From positions 3,008,001 to 3,072,000 of the forward strand of contig OZ220732.1 of the NCBI GenBank assembly GCA_965116905.1: a stretch of 64,000 nt of DNA. Direction: 5' to 3'. The position numbers were made by a program, and so were the translations under genes. The notes under the pieces are model-generated. The model was given only the letters and a program-made list of their open reading frames with translations. It searched no databases and was not told the origin of the DNA. Source of the DNA: Longimicrobiales bacterium (GTDB taxonomy: Bacteria; Gemmatimonadota; Gemmatimonadetes; Longimicrobiales; Gaopeijiaceae). Shown in pieces: positions 1 to 9,349 of the stretch (position 1 is its first letter; the number at the start of each line of letters is the position of its first letter).

Positions 1-2
1 GG

Positions 3-932
3 CTCGAGGACCCGGTCCCGCCACCACAGGCGCCGCCGAGCCGGGTCGTACACTTCACAAACCTGGACAAGCCCTTCTGGCCGGAGGACGGTTACGTCAA
101 GGGGGACCTGATCGAGTACTACCGCGCCGTGTCACCCTGGATCCTGCCCTATCTCGCCGACCGTCCGGTGGTGCTGACGCGCTACCCGGACGGAATCCAC
201 GGCAAGTCCTTCTTCCAGAAGAACGCCCCCGATTTCGCGCCGGCGTGGATCCGCAGGATCCGCTTGTACAGCGAGGGGTCCGAACGCGACCTGGACTACT
301 TCGTGGCGGAAGACCTGGAATCGCTCCTCTACGTCGCCAACAGCGCGAGCATCCCGCTCCATATCTGGCTGAGCCGGGTCTCCGACATTTCGCGGCCCGA
401 CTTCTGCGTGCTCGACCTGGATCCGAAGGATGCGCCCTTCACGGACGTGGTGAAAATCGCCCTCTTCCTGCGGGGCCTCTGCGACGAGATCGCGCTGCCG
501 GCATTCGTCAAGACCAGCGGGTCGACGGGGCTCCACGTGCTGATCCCGCTCGGGCGGCAGGTGACGTACGAGCAGTCGCGGACCGTCGGCGAGCTGCTGG
601 CCCTGATGGTGGTGCGTGAGCTGGAAGGGATCGCGACCGTGGCCCGGCTGCCGTCGCAGCGTGAGGGCAAGGTCTATGTGGACTACGTCCAGAACGGCCA
701 CGGCCGTCTGATCGTGGCCCCGTTCTGCGTGCGGCCGAATCCCGGCGCGCCCGTCTCGACGCCGCTCGACTGGAGCGAGGTGGACGAGGGCCTCGCCATC
801 GGCGATCACACGATCGCGACGGTCCCTGGACGCATGGCCGCCCGCGACGATCCGATGCGGGATGTGCTGCGCCTCAGACCCGATCTGGGGCACAGTCTGG
901 AGCGGCTGCAGGCGATGTTCGCGGGTCGGTGA
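3..932 (+). CDS. ligD: LigD (NHEJ) primase-polymerase domain, 5'-truncated by window edge
   Basis: Frame is open from base 3 (LEDPVPPPQAPPSRVVHFTNLDKPFWP...KGDLIEYY). LigD-Pol motifs: RYPDGI..FFQK, DLDP, KTSGSTGLHV, VYVDYVQN. Confidence 0.9.
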   Translation, partial: LEDPVPPPQAPPSRVVHFTNLDKPFWPEDGYVKGDLIEYYRAVSPWILPYLADRPVVLTRYPDGIHGKSFFQKNAPDFAPAWIRRIRLYSEGSERDLDYFVAEDLESLLYVANSASIPLHIWLSRVSDISRPDFCVLDLDPKDAPFTDVVKIALFLRGLCDEIALPAFVKTSGSTGLHVLIPLGRQVTYEQSRTVGELLALMVVRELEGIATVARLPSQREGKVYVDYVQNGHGRLIVAPFCVRPNPGAPVSTPLDWSEVDEGLAIGDHTIATVPGRMAARDDPMRDVLRLRPDLGHSLERLQAMFAGR

Positions 933-946
933 GGCGCACCCTGACG

Positions 947-2971
947 TTACGTTAGGGGGCCCAGGTTCCTGCGGATCAGCGCGCCGGGGTCCGGATCGCG
1001 TCCCATGAAGTCGCGGAACAGGTCCTCGGGGTCCCGGCGGTCGCCCTGTGCGAGCACGCCCTCCAGGAACGCGCGTCCGGTGCGTTCGTTGAGCACCCCT
1101 TCCCTCTCGAACCTGGAAAACGCGTCCGCTTCAAGGGTTTCGGACCAGATGTAGGAGTAGTACGCCGATGCGTAGCCTCCTCCAAAGAGGTGCGAGAACG
1201 AGGGCAGGATATGGCGCTCCACGAAGCGCTCCGAGGGGACGAAGGGGCGGAGTGTGCGGGCGGCGAAATCCATGACCGGCACGTCGCCCGCGTAGCGGCG
1301 GTGCAGCTCCAGGTCGAGGTTGGCGAACGACAGTTGCCGCATCTGGAGCCAGCCGCCCATGAAGCGCCGGGCCGCGAGGAGGCGTTCCAGAACCTGGTCG
1401 GGCAGCGTTTCGCCGGTCTCGAAATGGCGCGCGAAGAGGTCGAGCGCCTCGCCTTTCCAGCACCAGTTTTCCATGATCTGCGAGGGAACCTCGACCCAGT
1501 CCCACGCGACGTTGATCCCCCCGCGCGCGGCGATCTCGACGCGTGAGGCGGTGTGGTGGAGGAGGTGGCCGAATTCGTGGAAGAGGACCTGCACCTCCCG
1601 GTGGGTCAGCAGCGCCGGCCGCGCGCCGGTGGGTGGGGTGAAGTTGCCGCCGATGAAGGCCAGGTGGGGCTGGAAGGCGCCGTCGGGCCTCGGGCCGCCG
1701 GAGACGAGGTCGTCCATCCAGGCGCCCTGCCGCTTGGTGTCGCGCGGAAACCAGTCGGTGTAGAACGAGCCGACGTGGAGCCCGGTGCCGTCCCGCACCT
1801 CGAAGAGGGAGACGTCGGGGTGCCACACCGCCGAATTGTCCACGCGTGCTATGGTGAGCCCGAAGAGACGCTCGGCGATCTCGAAGAGCCCGGCCTGGAC
1901 TTCGTCGAGGGGGAACCAGGGGCGCAGCTTTTCGTCGTCGATGTCGAAGCGTTCCCTGCGCATCCGCTCCATGAGCCAGGAGACGTCCCAGGGCTCCAGC
2001 GCGCCCAGGCCGCGGTTGCGGGCGTTCGCTTCCAGCTCTTCCGTGTCGCGCTCGTGGAACGGGCGGGTGCCGTCGATGAGCTCGTCCAGGAAGCCGCGGA
2101 CGCGCCCGCCCGAGCCGGCCATGAGGGTCTCGAGGCGATAGTCGGGGAAATCCCCGTAGCCGAGAAGGTCCGCGAGACGGCGTCGCAGCTCGAGGATGCG
2201 GGCTACGAGGGGGCGGTTGTCCCTGTCCCCAGCCGTGCAACGGTCCATGAAGGCGGTGTGGATCTCACGGCGCAGCGCCCGGTCGTCGGCGTGCTGGAGC
2301 ACGGCCTGGACCGCCGGCATGTCCAGGGTGAGGACCCATCCGTCCTCGCCGCGTTCGGCGGCGAGCTGGGCGGCACGCTCCAGCGCGCTGTCGGGCATCC
2401 CGGCCAACCGCTCCCGGCGGGCCACGACCTTGCCGTACGCCGCGGTCTCCTCGAGCAGGTTCTCCTCGAAGCGTCGGCCCAGCTCGGAGAGTTCGATTCG
2501 CAACTCCTCCAGCGACTGCTTGTCGCCGGGGGCCAGCTCCGCCCCGGCGCGTCTGAAGTCCCTGAGCGTCTTCTCCAGGTGGCGGCGGCGCAGTCCGGTG
2601 AGGGTTCCGCCCACGGACGACGCCGCGAAGTCGCACAGGCGCCGGAAGAGCCCCTCGTGGTGGTGCAGGCGGCTCGAGAAGCGCGTCAAGTCGGGCAGCG
2701 AAGCCGCATAGGCCTCGCGAAGCGCGGGCGTGGCGTCGACGTTGTGAAGGTGCGAGACGGGCGCCCAGGTACGGGCCACGTCCTCGGCCAGGCCATCGAG
2801 TTCGCCCATGACGTCGTCCCAGCCTCCTCCCGTGCCCTGTCCCAGGGCCTCGATGCGCTCGCCGGCCCGGGCGAGCACTTCGCCGATGGCCGGCGCGACG
2901 TCGCCGGGCTCGATGCGGTCGAACGGGGTCGGGAACGCCCGGTCGAGGAGCGGATTGCCGTGCGTGCTCAC
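947..2971 (-). CDS. prlC: M3 family oligopeptidase A
   Basis: HEFGH zinc motif, KRQGAWM, WDWVEVPSQIMENW, FSHLFGGGYASAYYSYIWSE. Confidence 0.9.
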   Translation of the reverse strand: MSTHGNPLLDRAFPTPFDRIEPGDVAPAIGEVLARAGERIEALGQGTGGGWDDVMGELDGLAEDVARTWAPVSHLHNVDATPALREAYAASLPDLTRFSSRLHHHEGLFRRLCDFAASSVGGTLTGLRRRHLEKTLRDFRRAGAELAPGDKQSLEELRIELSELGRRFEENLLEETAAYGKVVARRERLAGMPDSALERAAQLAAERGEDGWVLTLDMPAVQAVLQHADDRALRREIHTAFMDRCTAGDRDNRPLVARILELRRRLADLLGYGDFPDYRLETLMAGSGGRVRGFLDELIDGTRPFHERDTEELEANARNRGLGALEPWDVSWLMERMRRERFDIDDEKLRPWFPLDEVQAGLFEIAERLFGLTIARVDNSAVWHPDVSLFEVRDGTGLHVGSFYTDWFPRDTKRQGAWMDDLVSGGPRPDGAFQPHLAFIGGNFTPPTGARPALLTHREVQVLFHEFGHLLHHTASRVEIAARGGINVAWDWVEVPSQIMENWCWKGEALDLFARHFETGETLPDQVLERLLAARRFMGGWLQMRQLSFANLDLELHRRYAGDVPVMDFAARTLRPFVPSERFVERHILPSFSHLFGGGYASAYYSYIWSETLEADAFSRFEREGVLNERTGRAFLEGVLAQGDRRDPEDLFRDFMGRDPDPGALIRRNLGPLT

Positions 2972-3034
2972 GGTGTGATCAGCATGTGGCCGTGTGTTGC
3001 GGGGGACAACGGCGCCAACGGTCTTCGCGCGGGT

Positions 3035-3781
3035 TCACCGCGTCGCCGCGCCTGCCACGGCCGCCCGTCCCGCCCAGCGCGCGGTCACGGTGGCGACCTC
3101 GGCGAGGACATCGTCGAGCGTCCGTCCCGAGCGCTTGAGCATTCCGAGCGAGTGGTCGCCGCCCACGAGAACGTGCAGGGTGGCGCGGGGGCCGACCTGC
3201 TCCAGCACGGGACGCAACAGGTCGAGGTCGGCGAGGCGGTCGCGCGTGCCCTGGTGGAAGAGCATGGGGCACGGCACGTCCGCGAGGTGCTCGGCCCGCT
3301 CGGTACCCCGCCGCCCGGGGGCGTGGAGCGGGAACCCGAAGAAGACGAGACCCGAGAGCGCTGGCGTGGGGTCTCCCGAGCCGTCAGCCGCCCGGTCGGC
3401 GACGAGCATGGAGGTCATCCTGCCGCCCATCGACTTGCCCCCGGCGAAGAGCGGCAGCCCTTCGGCGCGCTTGCGCCCGGCCTGCAGAGCCGACGACACC
3501 ACCGCCAGGAGGCGGCGCAGGGGGTCCGGCCGCCTTCGTCCGGCTTCGGTGTACGCGAAGTTGTAGCGCAACGTGGAGACGCCCTCTGCCGACAGCGCCT
3601 GGGCCAGGGCCTCCATGAACGGGTGGGTCATGGGCGCGCCGGCGCCGTGGCCAAGCACCAGAAGCCCCGCCGGATCCGGTGCCTCCACCATCACTCCCGA
3701 GACGGGCGGATGCCCCTCACCCTCGATGGTGAGGCGGTGGCCGGTCCCGCCAACGCCGCCCTTCCCCACCCCCTTCGTCAC
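3035..3781 (-). CDS. alpha/beta hydrolase (KANL3/Tex30-like, GKSMGG)
   Basis: HGAG, GGKSMGGR nucleophile elbow, QGTRD and GGDH complete the triad. Start placed at the GTG overlapping the upstream TGA (GTGA). Confidence 0.8.
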   Translation of the reverse strand: MTKGVGKGGVGGTGHRLTIEGEGHPPVSGVMVEAPDPAGLLVLGHGAGAPMTHPFMEALAQALSAEGVSTLRYNFAYTEAGRRRPDPLRRLLAVVSSALQAGRKRAEGLPLFAGGKSMGGRMTSMLVADRAADGSGDPTPALSGLVFFGFPLHAPGRRGTERAEHLADVPCPMLFHQGTRDRLADLDLLRPVLEQVGPRATLHVLVGGDHSLGMLKRSGRTLDDVLAEVATVTARWAGRAAVAGAATR

Positions 3782-5628
3782 CAGGCGATTCCGTAGTCTT
3801 CGCCGTGGTTGCTGGAACCGCCCCACATCGTTCCGGTGGCGGCATCGAAGAAGATCGCGTTGATCGGGCCGGAGGTGCGCGCGGAGAAGGTCAGGTCATA
3901 GCCCATGTCGCTCAGATCGGCGCGGACCCAGGCGGGGACACCGTCGTTGAGGAGGATGCGCCCGGGTTGCGATTCGTGCGCGCCGAAGGAGCTCCGCATC
4001 TGGTAGCTGTTGAAGTTGGCGGCTTCGGCGGCCTGCTGAACGTTCATGCCGAACTCGACGACGTTGAGGAAGAACTGGAGCAGGTTCTGGTCCTGTCCGT
4101 CACCCCCCTGAACCGCGAACGAGAGGTAGGGCTCGCCGTCCTTCAGTGCCAGCGAGGGGGTGAGGGTCGCACGCGGACGCTTGCCCGGCTCGACGACGTT
4201 GTAGGGGCCGGCGCGCTCGTCGAGGACGAAGCTCTGCATGCGCTGGCTCATGCCGATGCCCGTGCGGCCCGCGATGACCGCAGGGATCCAGCCGCCGGAC
4301 GGCGTGATCGACACGACCCAGCCGTCGGCGTCGGCGGCCTGGATGGACGTGGTGCCGGCGTAGAAGGCTTCGTCGAGGTCCATGCCGGAGTCGTCGGGGG
4401 TGGCGACCGGCACGGTGTTCCAGGAGTCGATGAGGTGGAGGAAGGGGTTGGTGCCGTCCTGGAACGGGTAGGGGTCGCCGGGCAGGACCTCGGGGTCGTT
4501 CCTGTCCCAGTCGATCTGGGCGGCGCGCGCGGCGGCGTAGTCCTTGGAGAGCAGACCGTCGATCGGCTCTTCCGGCGGGTAGTAGGGATCGCCGTAGTAG
4601 AAGTCGCGGTCGGCAAACGCCAGGTTCATGGCCTGGTAGAGGGCGTGGATGTAGCGGGTGGAGTTGTAGCCCATATCGGCCACGTCGAGCCCCTCGAGGA
4701 TGTTCAGGGCCTGCAGCAGGACGGGGCCCTGAACCCACGTGGTCAGCTTGTACACGTCGATGCCCTTGTAGGACGTGCTGACGGGCTCTTCCAGGTAGAC
4801 CTGCCAGTCGGCCAGATCGGCGAGCGTGTGGAGCCCGCCCTGCTCCTGCGACCCGCGCACGAACTCCTCGGCGATGTCGCCGCGGTAGAAGCGGTCGTAG
4901 GCGGCCATGATGGCATCCTTGCGGGACGCGCCCGCGGCCAGCGCCTCGGCCTCCGCTTCGACGAGCATTTCGAGGGTGGTGGCGAGATCCTCCTGGACGA
5001 AGAGTTCGCCGGCCTCGGGGGCGGCGCGGTCCTCTCCGTAGTGGGGCAGGAAGACGTCCCTGGAATACGGCCACTCCGCCAGGCGCTCCTTCTGACCCTC
5101 GATGGAGTTCGCCGCCTGGGCCTCAATCGGGTAGCCGCGTGCCATGTCGATGGACGGCGCGAGGACATCGGCCAGACTGAGGCGTCCGTATTCCGCCATC
5201 ATGACCATGAGCCCGCCGGGGGTTCCGGGGGTGACGGCGGCGAGGGGGCCGTAGGCGGGGGGAATCTCCATGCCCTGTTCACGGAAGTACTCGGGTGTGG
5301 CCCCGGTGGGGGCGGCGCCGAGTGCGTTGATCCCGATGACCTTGCCGGTCCCGGGATTGTAGATGAGCGCCTGGGTCTCGCCGCCCCAGCCGAGAACGTC
5401 CCACATGGTGGCCGTTGCGCCCAGCATGGCCGCTGCCGCGTCCACGGCGTTGCCGCCCTTCAGGAACATCATGGCGCCGGCGGTGGCCCCCAGGGGCTTG
5501 CCGGTAATGGCCATCCAGTCCTTTCCATGAAGGACCGGCTTCTGGGTCCGCTGGGCTTCCGCGCCCGTGGCGGCCAGGAGGCCCACGGCGGCGACGAGAG
5601 CGTGTCTGGAGCGCATGCGAGGCGACAT
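3778..5628 (-). CDS. gamma-glutamyltransferase family Ntn-hydrolase (divergent), exported
   Basis: GGNAVDAA, TPGTPGG, AFADRD.YYGDP, GTTS nucleophile, PGKRPR. ATG at 5628 has an AGGAG SD and a signal peptide. Confidence 0.88.
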   Translation of the reverse strand: MSPRMRSRHALVAAVGLLAATGAEAQRTQKPVLHGKDWMAITGKPLGATAGAMMFLKGGNAVDAAAAMLGATATMWDVLGWGGETQALIYNPGTGKVIGINALGAAPTGATPEYFREQGMEIPPAYGPLAAVTPGTPGGLMVMMAEYGRLSLADVLAPSIDMARGYPIEAQAANSIEGQKERLAEWPYSRDVFLPHYGEDRAAPEAGELFVQEDLATTLEMLVEAEAEALAAGASRKDAIMAAYDRFYRGDIAEEFVRGSQEQGGLHTLADLADWQVYLEEPVSTSYKGIDVYKLTTWVQGPVLLQALNILEGLDVADMGYNSTRYIHALYQAMNLAFADRDFYYGDPYYPPEEPIDGLLSKDYAAARAAQIDWDRNDPEVLPGDPYPFQDGTNPFLHLIDSWNTVPVATPDDSGMDLDEAFYAGTTSIQAADADGWVVSITPSGGWIPAVIAGRTGIGMSQRMQSFVLDERAGPYNVVEPGKRPRATLTPSLALKDGEPYLSFAVQGGDGQDQNLLQFFLNVVEFGMNVQQAAEAANFNSYQMRSSFGAHESQPGRILLNDGVPAWVRADLSDMGYDLTFSARTSGPINAIFFDAATGTMWGGSSNHGEDYGIAW

Positions 5629-5791
5629 CGTCCAACTCCTGCGTAGGGGTCTCGGGGGAAATGCAAGGCTACCAGCGCGAACCCGCGTGCGCCAGTACAC
5701 GGTTGACGGAGAACGGCCGGGAGGAGAGGCTTGAAACGGATGACGCGCGGGACGGGCCCGCGCCGAGCGTCCAGTGGGGAAGAGGGGCCGC

Positions 5792-8104
5792 ATGGATTTC
5801 ATCCGAACCGTGATCGCGAGGGACCTCAAGACCGGCAAATACGGCGGCCGCGTCGTCACGCGATTCCCACCCGAGCCCAACGGTTTCCTGCACATCGGGC
5901 ACGCGAAGGCGATCTGCCTGAATTTCGGTATCGCGGCCGAACACCCGGGCGGCCGCTGCCACCTCCGCCTCGACGACACGAACCCCGATACCGAGCGCGC
6001 CGAGTACGTCGAAGCCATGAAGCGGGACATCCGCTGGCTCGGCTTCGATTGGGGAGAACACCTCTACCACGCGTCGGACTATTTCGGGCAACTCTACCGG
6101 TACGCCCTGGTCCTGATCGACAAGGGGCTCGCATACGTCGACTCGTCATCCGAAGCGGAGATCCGCGAGCGGCGCGGCTCCGTCACCCGGCCCGGGGTCG
6201 ACAGTCCGTACCGGGAACGCTCGCGCGAGGAGAACCGCGACCTCTTCGAGCGCATGCGGGCCGGCGAGTTCCCCGACGGCGGCCACGTCCTCCGGGCGAG
6301 GATCGACATGGCGCATGCGAACATGGTGATGCGCGATCCCCTCCTCTACCGGATACGCCACGCAAGCCACTATCGGCAGGGAGACCGCTGGCCCATCTAC
6401 CCGATGTACGACTTCGCCCACTGCCTGTCCGACTCCGTCGAGCGGGTCACCCACTCGCTGTGCACACTGGAGTTCGAGAACAACCGCGAAATCTACGACT
6501 GGCTCCTGGAACATGTGGACGCCCCGCGCCCGCGTCCCGAGCAGACCGAATTCGCGCCGCTGGTGCTGGACTACGTAATCACCAGCAAACGGCTGCTGAG
6601 AAGGCTTGTGGAGGCGGGCAAGGTGCGGGGATGGGACGATCCGCGCATGCCCACGCTGGCCGGCCTGAGGCGGCGGGGCGTGACCCCGGACGCCATCCGG
6701 ACGCTGTGCGACATGGTGGGAGTGGCACGCGCGCACTCGCGCGTCGGGATGGACAAGCTCGAATTCGCCGTGCGGGACGATCTGAACCACAAGGCGCCCC
6801 GGGCCTTTTGTGTCCTGGATCCGCTCAAGGTGGTGCTGACCAACTACCCGCCGGAGCGCGAGGAGATCTTCACCGCGCCCCTCCTGCCGGGCGACGCAGA
6901 CAGGCCCGGAACCCGCGATCTTCCGTTCGGCCGGGTGCTCCATATCGATCGCGCGGATTTCCGGGAGGACCCGCCACCCGGGTTCCACCGGCTCACCCCG
7001 GGGGGCACGGTTCGCCTCAAGTATGCTTGCGTGATCCGGTGCGACCGGGTGATCAAGGACGATGCAGGCACGGTGATCGAGCTGCGCTGCAGCGTCCTGG
7101 ACCGCGATGCGCCGGGTGGCGAGAAGGCCCTGGGGCCGCGCGTCCGCGGCACGATTCACTGGGTCCGGGCGGATAGCGCGGTGCCGGTGGAGGTGCGCCT
7201 TCTGGACCGGATGTTCACGGTGGAGGAGCCCTCCACGGATGACATCGTCGCAGCCATGAATCCGGACTCAGAGCGGGTCATCGCGAAGGCGCTCGCCGAA
7301 CCGGGCGTTGCGGGAACCCCGCCCGGCACGCACTACCAGTTCGAACGCCACGGATACTTCTTCTCGGACCCTGTCGATTCGAGCGAGGGACGCCTCGTGT
7401 TCAACCGCACCGTCACGCTGCGGGACAGCTGGGCGGACCGGGTTCGGCCGACCGGATCGGGCTCGCCCCGGCACAGCGCCGCGGCACCCGGACGCAACGG
7501 GACGGACCGTGCCGCCTCGGCTGCTCCCCGGGTCTCGCCGATGGACTCGCTGCGGTCCCCGGGACAGCGGCTGAACTTCCGCGAGGTCTTGGCTCTCGGC
7601 GTATCCGAGGCCGCCGCGGCGAGCCTCGTGCGCTCCTCCTCCGCGCTGAAGCTGTTCCACGCCGCGCAGGTCGACTACCCGGAGGGAGCCGGCTCGATCG
7701 CGGACTGGCTGGTCAACGATGTTTCCAGGGTCCTGGCGGCCACCGAAGGGGCCGACCTGGAGCGATTGGAGGCGGCGGCTCTGTCCCGCCTGGCTCGCGC
7801 CGTCGACGATGGGGACATCTCACATCGTCAGGGGCGCCGGATCGTGGAGGCCCTGGTGAAGCGGGGGATTTCCTTCGACGAGGCGCGGACCAGCCTCGAC
7901 CTCACGGAGATCGACGACGAAGCGATGCTGTCGGCGATGCTCCGACAGGTGGCGGACGAGTACCCGGAGAAGGTGGCTGCGTACCAGCGGGGCCAGCACG
8001 GCCTCCTGGGCTTCTTCGTCGGCCAGGTCATGCGGCGCAGCGAAGGAAAGGCCGATCCCCGCAAGGCCAACGAGCTGGCCAGAGCCATGTTCGGACAGAC
8101 GTGA
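5792..8104 (+). CDS. glnS: glutamine--tRNA ligase with C-terminal YqeY/GatB-like domain
   Basis: TRFPPEPNGFLHIGHAK, IYPMYDFAH, HSLCTLEF, WDDPRMPT, YQFERHGYF; C-terminal LGFFVGQVMR..GKADP (YqeY-like). Confidence 0.95.
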   Translation: MDFIRTVIARDLKTGKYGGRVVTRFPPEPNGFLHIGHAKAICLNFGIAAEHPGGRCHLRLDDTNPDTERAEYVEAMKRDIRWLGFDWGEHLYHASDYFGQLYRYALVLIDKGLAYVDSSSEAEIRERRGSVTRPGVDSPYRERSREENRDLFERMRAGEFPDGGHVLRARIDMAHANMVMRDPLLYRIRHASHYRQGDRWPIYPMYDFAHCLSDSVERVTHSLCTLEFENNREIYDWLLEHVDAPRPRPEQTEFAPLVLDYVITSKRLLRRLVEAGKVRGWDDPRMPTLAGLRRRGVTPDAIRTLCDMVGVARAHSRVGMDKLEFAVRDDLNHKAPRAFCVLDPLKVVLTNYPPEREEIFTAPLLPGDADRPGTRDLPFGRVLHIDRADFREDPPPGFHRLTPGGTVRLKYACVIRCDRVIKDDAGTVIELRCSVLDRDAPGGEKALGPRVRGTIHWVRADSAVPVEVRLLDRMFTVEEPSTDDIVAAMNPDSERVIAKALAEPGVAGTPPGTHYQFERHGYFFSDPVDSSEGRLVFNRTVTLRDSWADRVRPTGSGSPRHSAAAPGRNGTDRAASAAPRVSPMDSLRSPGQRLNFREVLALGVSEAAAASLVRSSSALKLFHAAQVDYPEGAGSIADWLVNDVSRVLAATEGADLERLEAAALSRLARAVDDGDISHRQGRRIVEALVKRGISFDEARTSLDLTEIDDEAMLSAMLRQVADEYPEKVAAYQRGQHGLLGFFVGQVMRRSEGKADPRKANELARAMFGQT

Positions 8105-8132
8105 ACCGGTATCCGAATCCGGAGTCTCGCGC

Positions 8133-9311
8133 GTGAATTCACTCGTGCCCGCGGACAGCGTCCTGGCGATCACCGGGGTGCTGTTCATCGTGGTGTGGGT
8201 TGCCCTTTATCTCGAAGGCAGGTTCGCGTGGGCGCGCACCCTGTCGGCCGCACTGATTGCCCTGGTGGGAGGTCTGGTTCTCTCCAACAGCGGGATTCTG
8301 CCGTTCGCCTCGCCGGCGTACGACTTCGTCAACGACCATTTCATCCTGGTGGCCATTCCCCTGCTCCTCTTCAAGGCCGACCTGAGAGTCATACTGAAGC
8401 AGGGCGGCAGGGTGCTGGCCGGCTTCATCGTCTCCGCGGTGGGAGTCGTGGCGGGAGCCGGCATCGCGTTCGCCCTGATCGAGGTGCCCGAATCCGCCCG
8501 GTACGCGGGCATGCTCGTGGGCGGCTACACGGGGGGGAGCCTGAACTTCGTCGCCGTCTCTCAGGCGGTCGGCATGGACGATCCCGCGCTGGGAACGGCC
8601 GCGCTCGCTGCGGAGAGCCTCGCCGGCATCTCGTACCTGTTCGTCCTGGCGGCACTGCCGACCATCGCCGCAGTTCGCCGGTGGCTGCCGCTGCGTGGTC
8701 CCGAGACCGATCCCGTGGACCGATCGGCCGGAGCGAGCGCCGGGGCCGGGGACGACGCAGCGAAGGAGCCGAAGGAGCCGAAGGGGCCGGGACCCGATTG
8801 GATCGCGCACGTCGCGGTCGCGCTGGGAATGAGCCTGATCGTGTGCGCGGCCGGCGTTTGGCTGGCCGGGGCGTTCGGACGGCCGCGATTCGTCGTGCTG
8901 GCCGTCACCACCCTGGCGGTCGTGCTCGCCAACGTGGCGCCCCGCAGCATGGCGCGGCTCAAGGGCGACCAACAGCTCGGAATGCTGCTGCTCTACGTGT
9001 TCTTCGTGGTCTACGCGGCGGGGGCGGATATCCGGTCGCTCCTCGGGGCCGCGGCCCTGATGCTGTCGTACGCGTTCGTCGTGATCCTGGTCCAGGCCGT
9101 GGTCTCGGCTGCGGGCGCCAAGGTGTTCCGCTTCAGCTACGCGGAGATGCTGATCGCGTCCAACGCGTGCGTGCTGGGACCACCGACGGCAGCCGCGCTC
9201 GCCGCCGGGCGGGGCTGGCACGGATTGGTGACGCCCGGCATCCTGACCGGGGTCTTCGGCTACGTCGTCGGCAATTTCCTGGGGGTCAGCGTCTTCGCCT
9301 GGCTTGACTAA
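8133..9311 (+). CDS. DUF819-like integral membrane protein
   Basis: About 10-11 hydrophobic segments; GGYTGGSLNF and ASNAC.LGPPTA repeats typical of DUF819. Confidence 0.75.
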   Translation: MNSLVPADSVLAITGVLFIVVWVALYLEGRFAWARTLSAALIALVGGLVLSNSGILPFASPAYDFVNDHFILVAIPLLLFKADLRVILKQGGRVLAGFIVSAVGVVAGAGIAFALIEVPESARYAGMLVGGYTGGSLNFVAVSQAVGMDDPALGTAALAAESLAGISYLFVLAALPTIAAVRRWLPLRGPETDPVDRSAGASAGAGDDAAKEPKEPKGPGPDWIAHVAVALGMSLIVCAAGVWLAGAFGRPRFVVLAVTTLAVVLANVAPRSMARLKGDQQLGMLLLYVFFVVYAAGADIRSLLGAAALMLSYAFVVILVQAVVSAAGAKVFRFSYAEMLIASNACVLGPPTAAALAAGRGWHGLVTPGILTGVFGYVVGNFLGVSVFAWLD

Positions 9312-9349
9312 GCTCAGTCTGGCGAAAGCGGAAACGCACGTGCCCGGCT

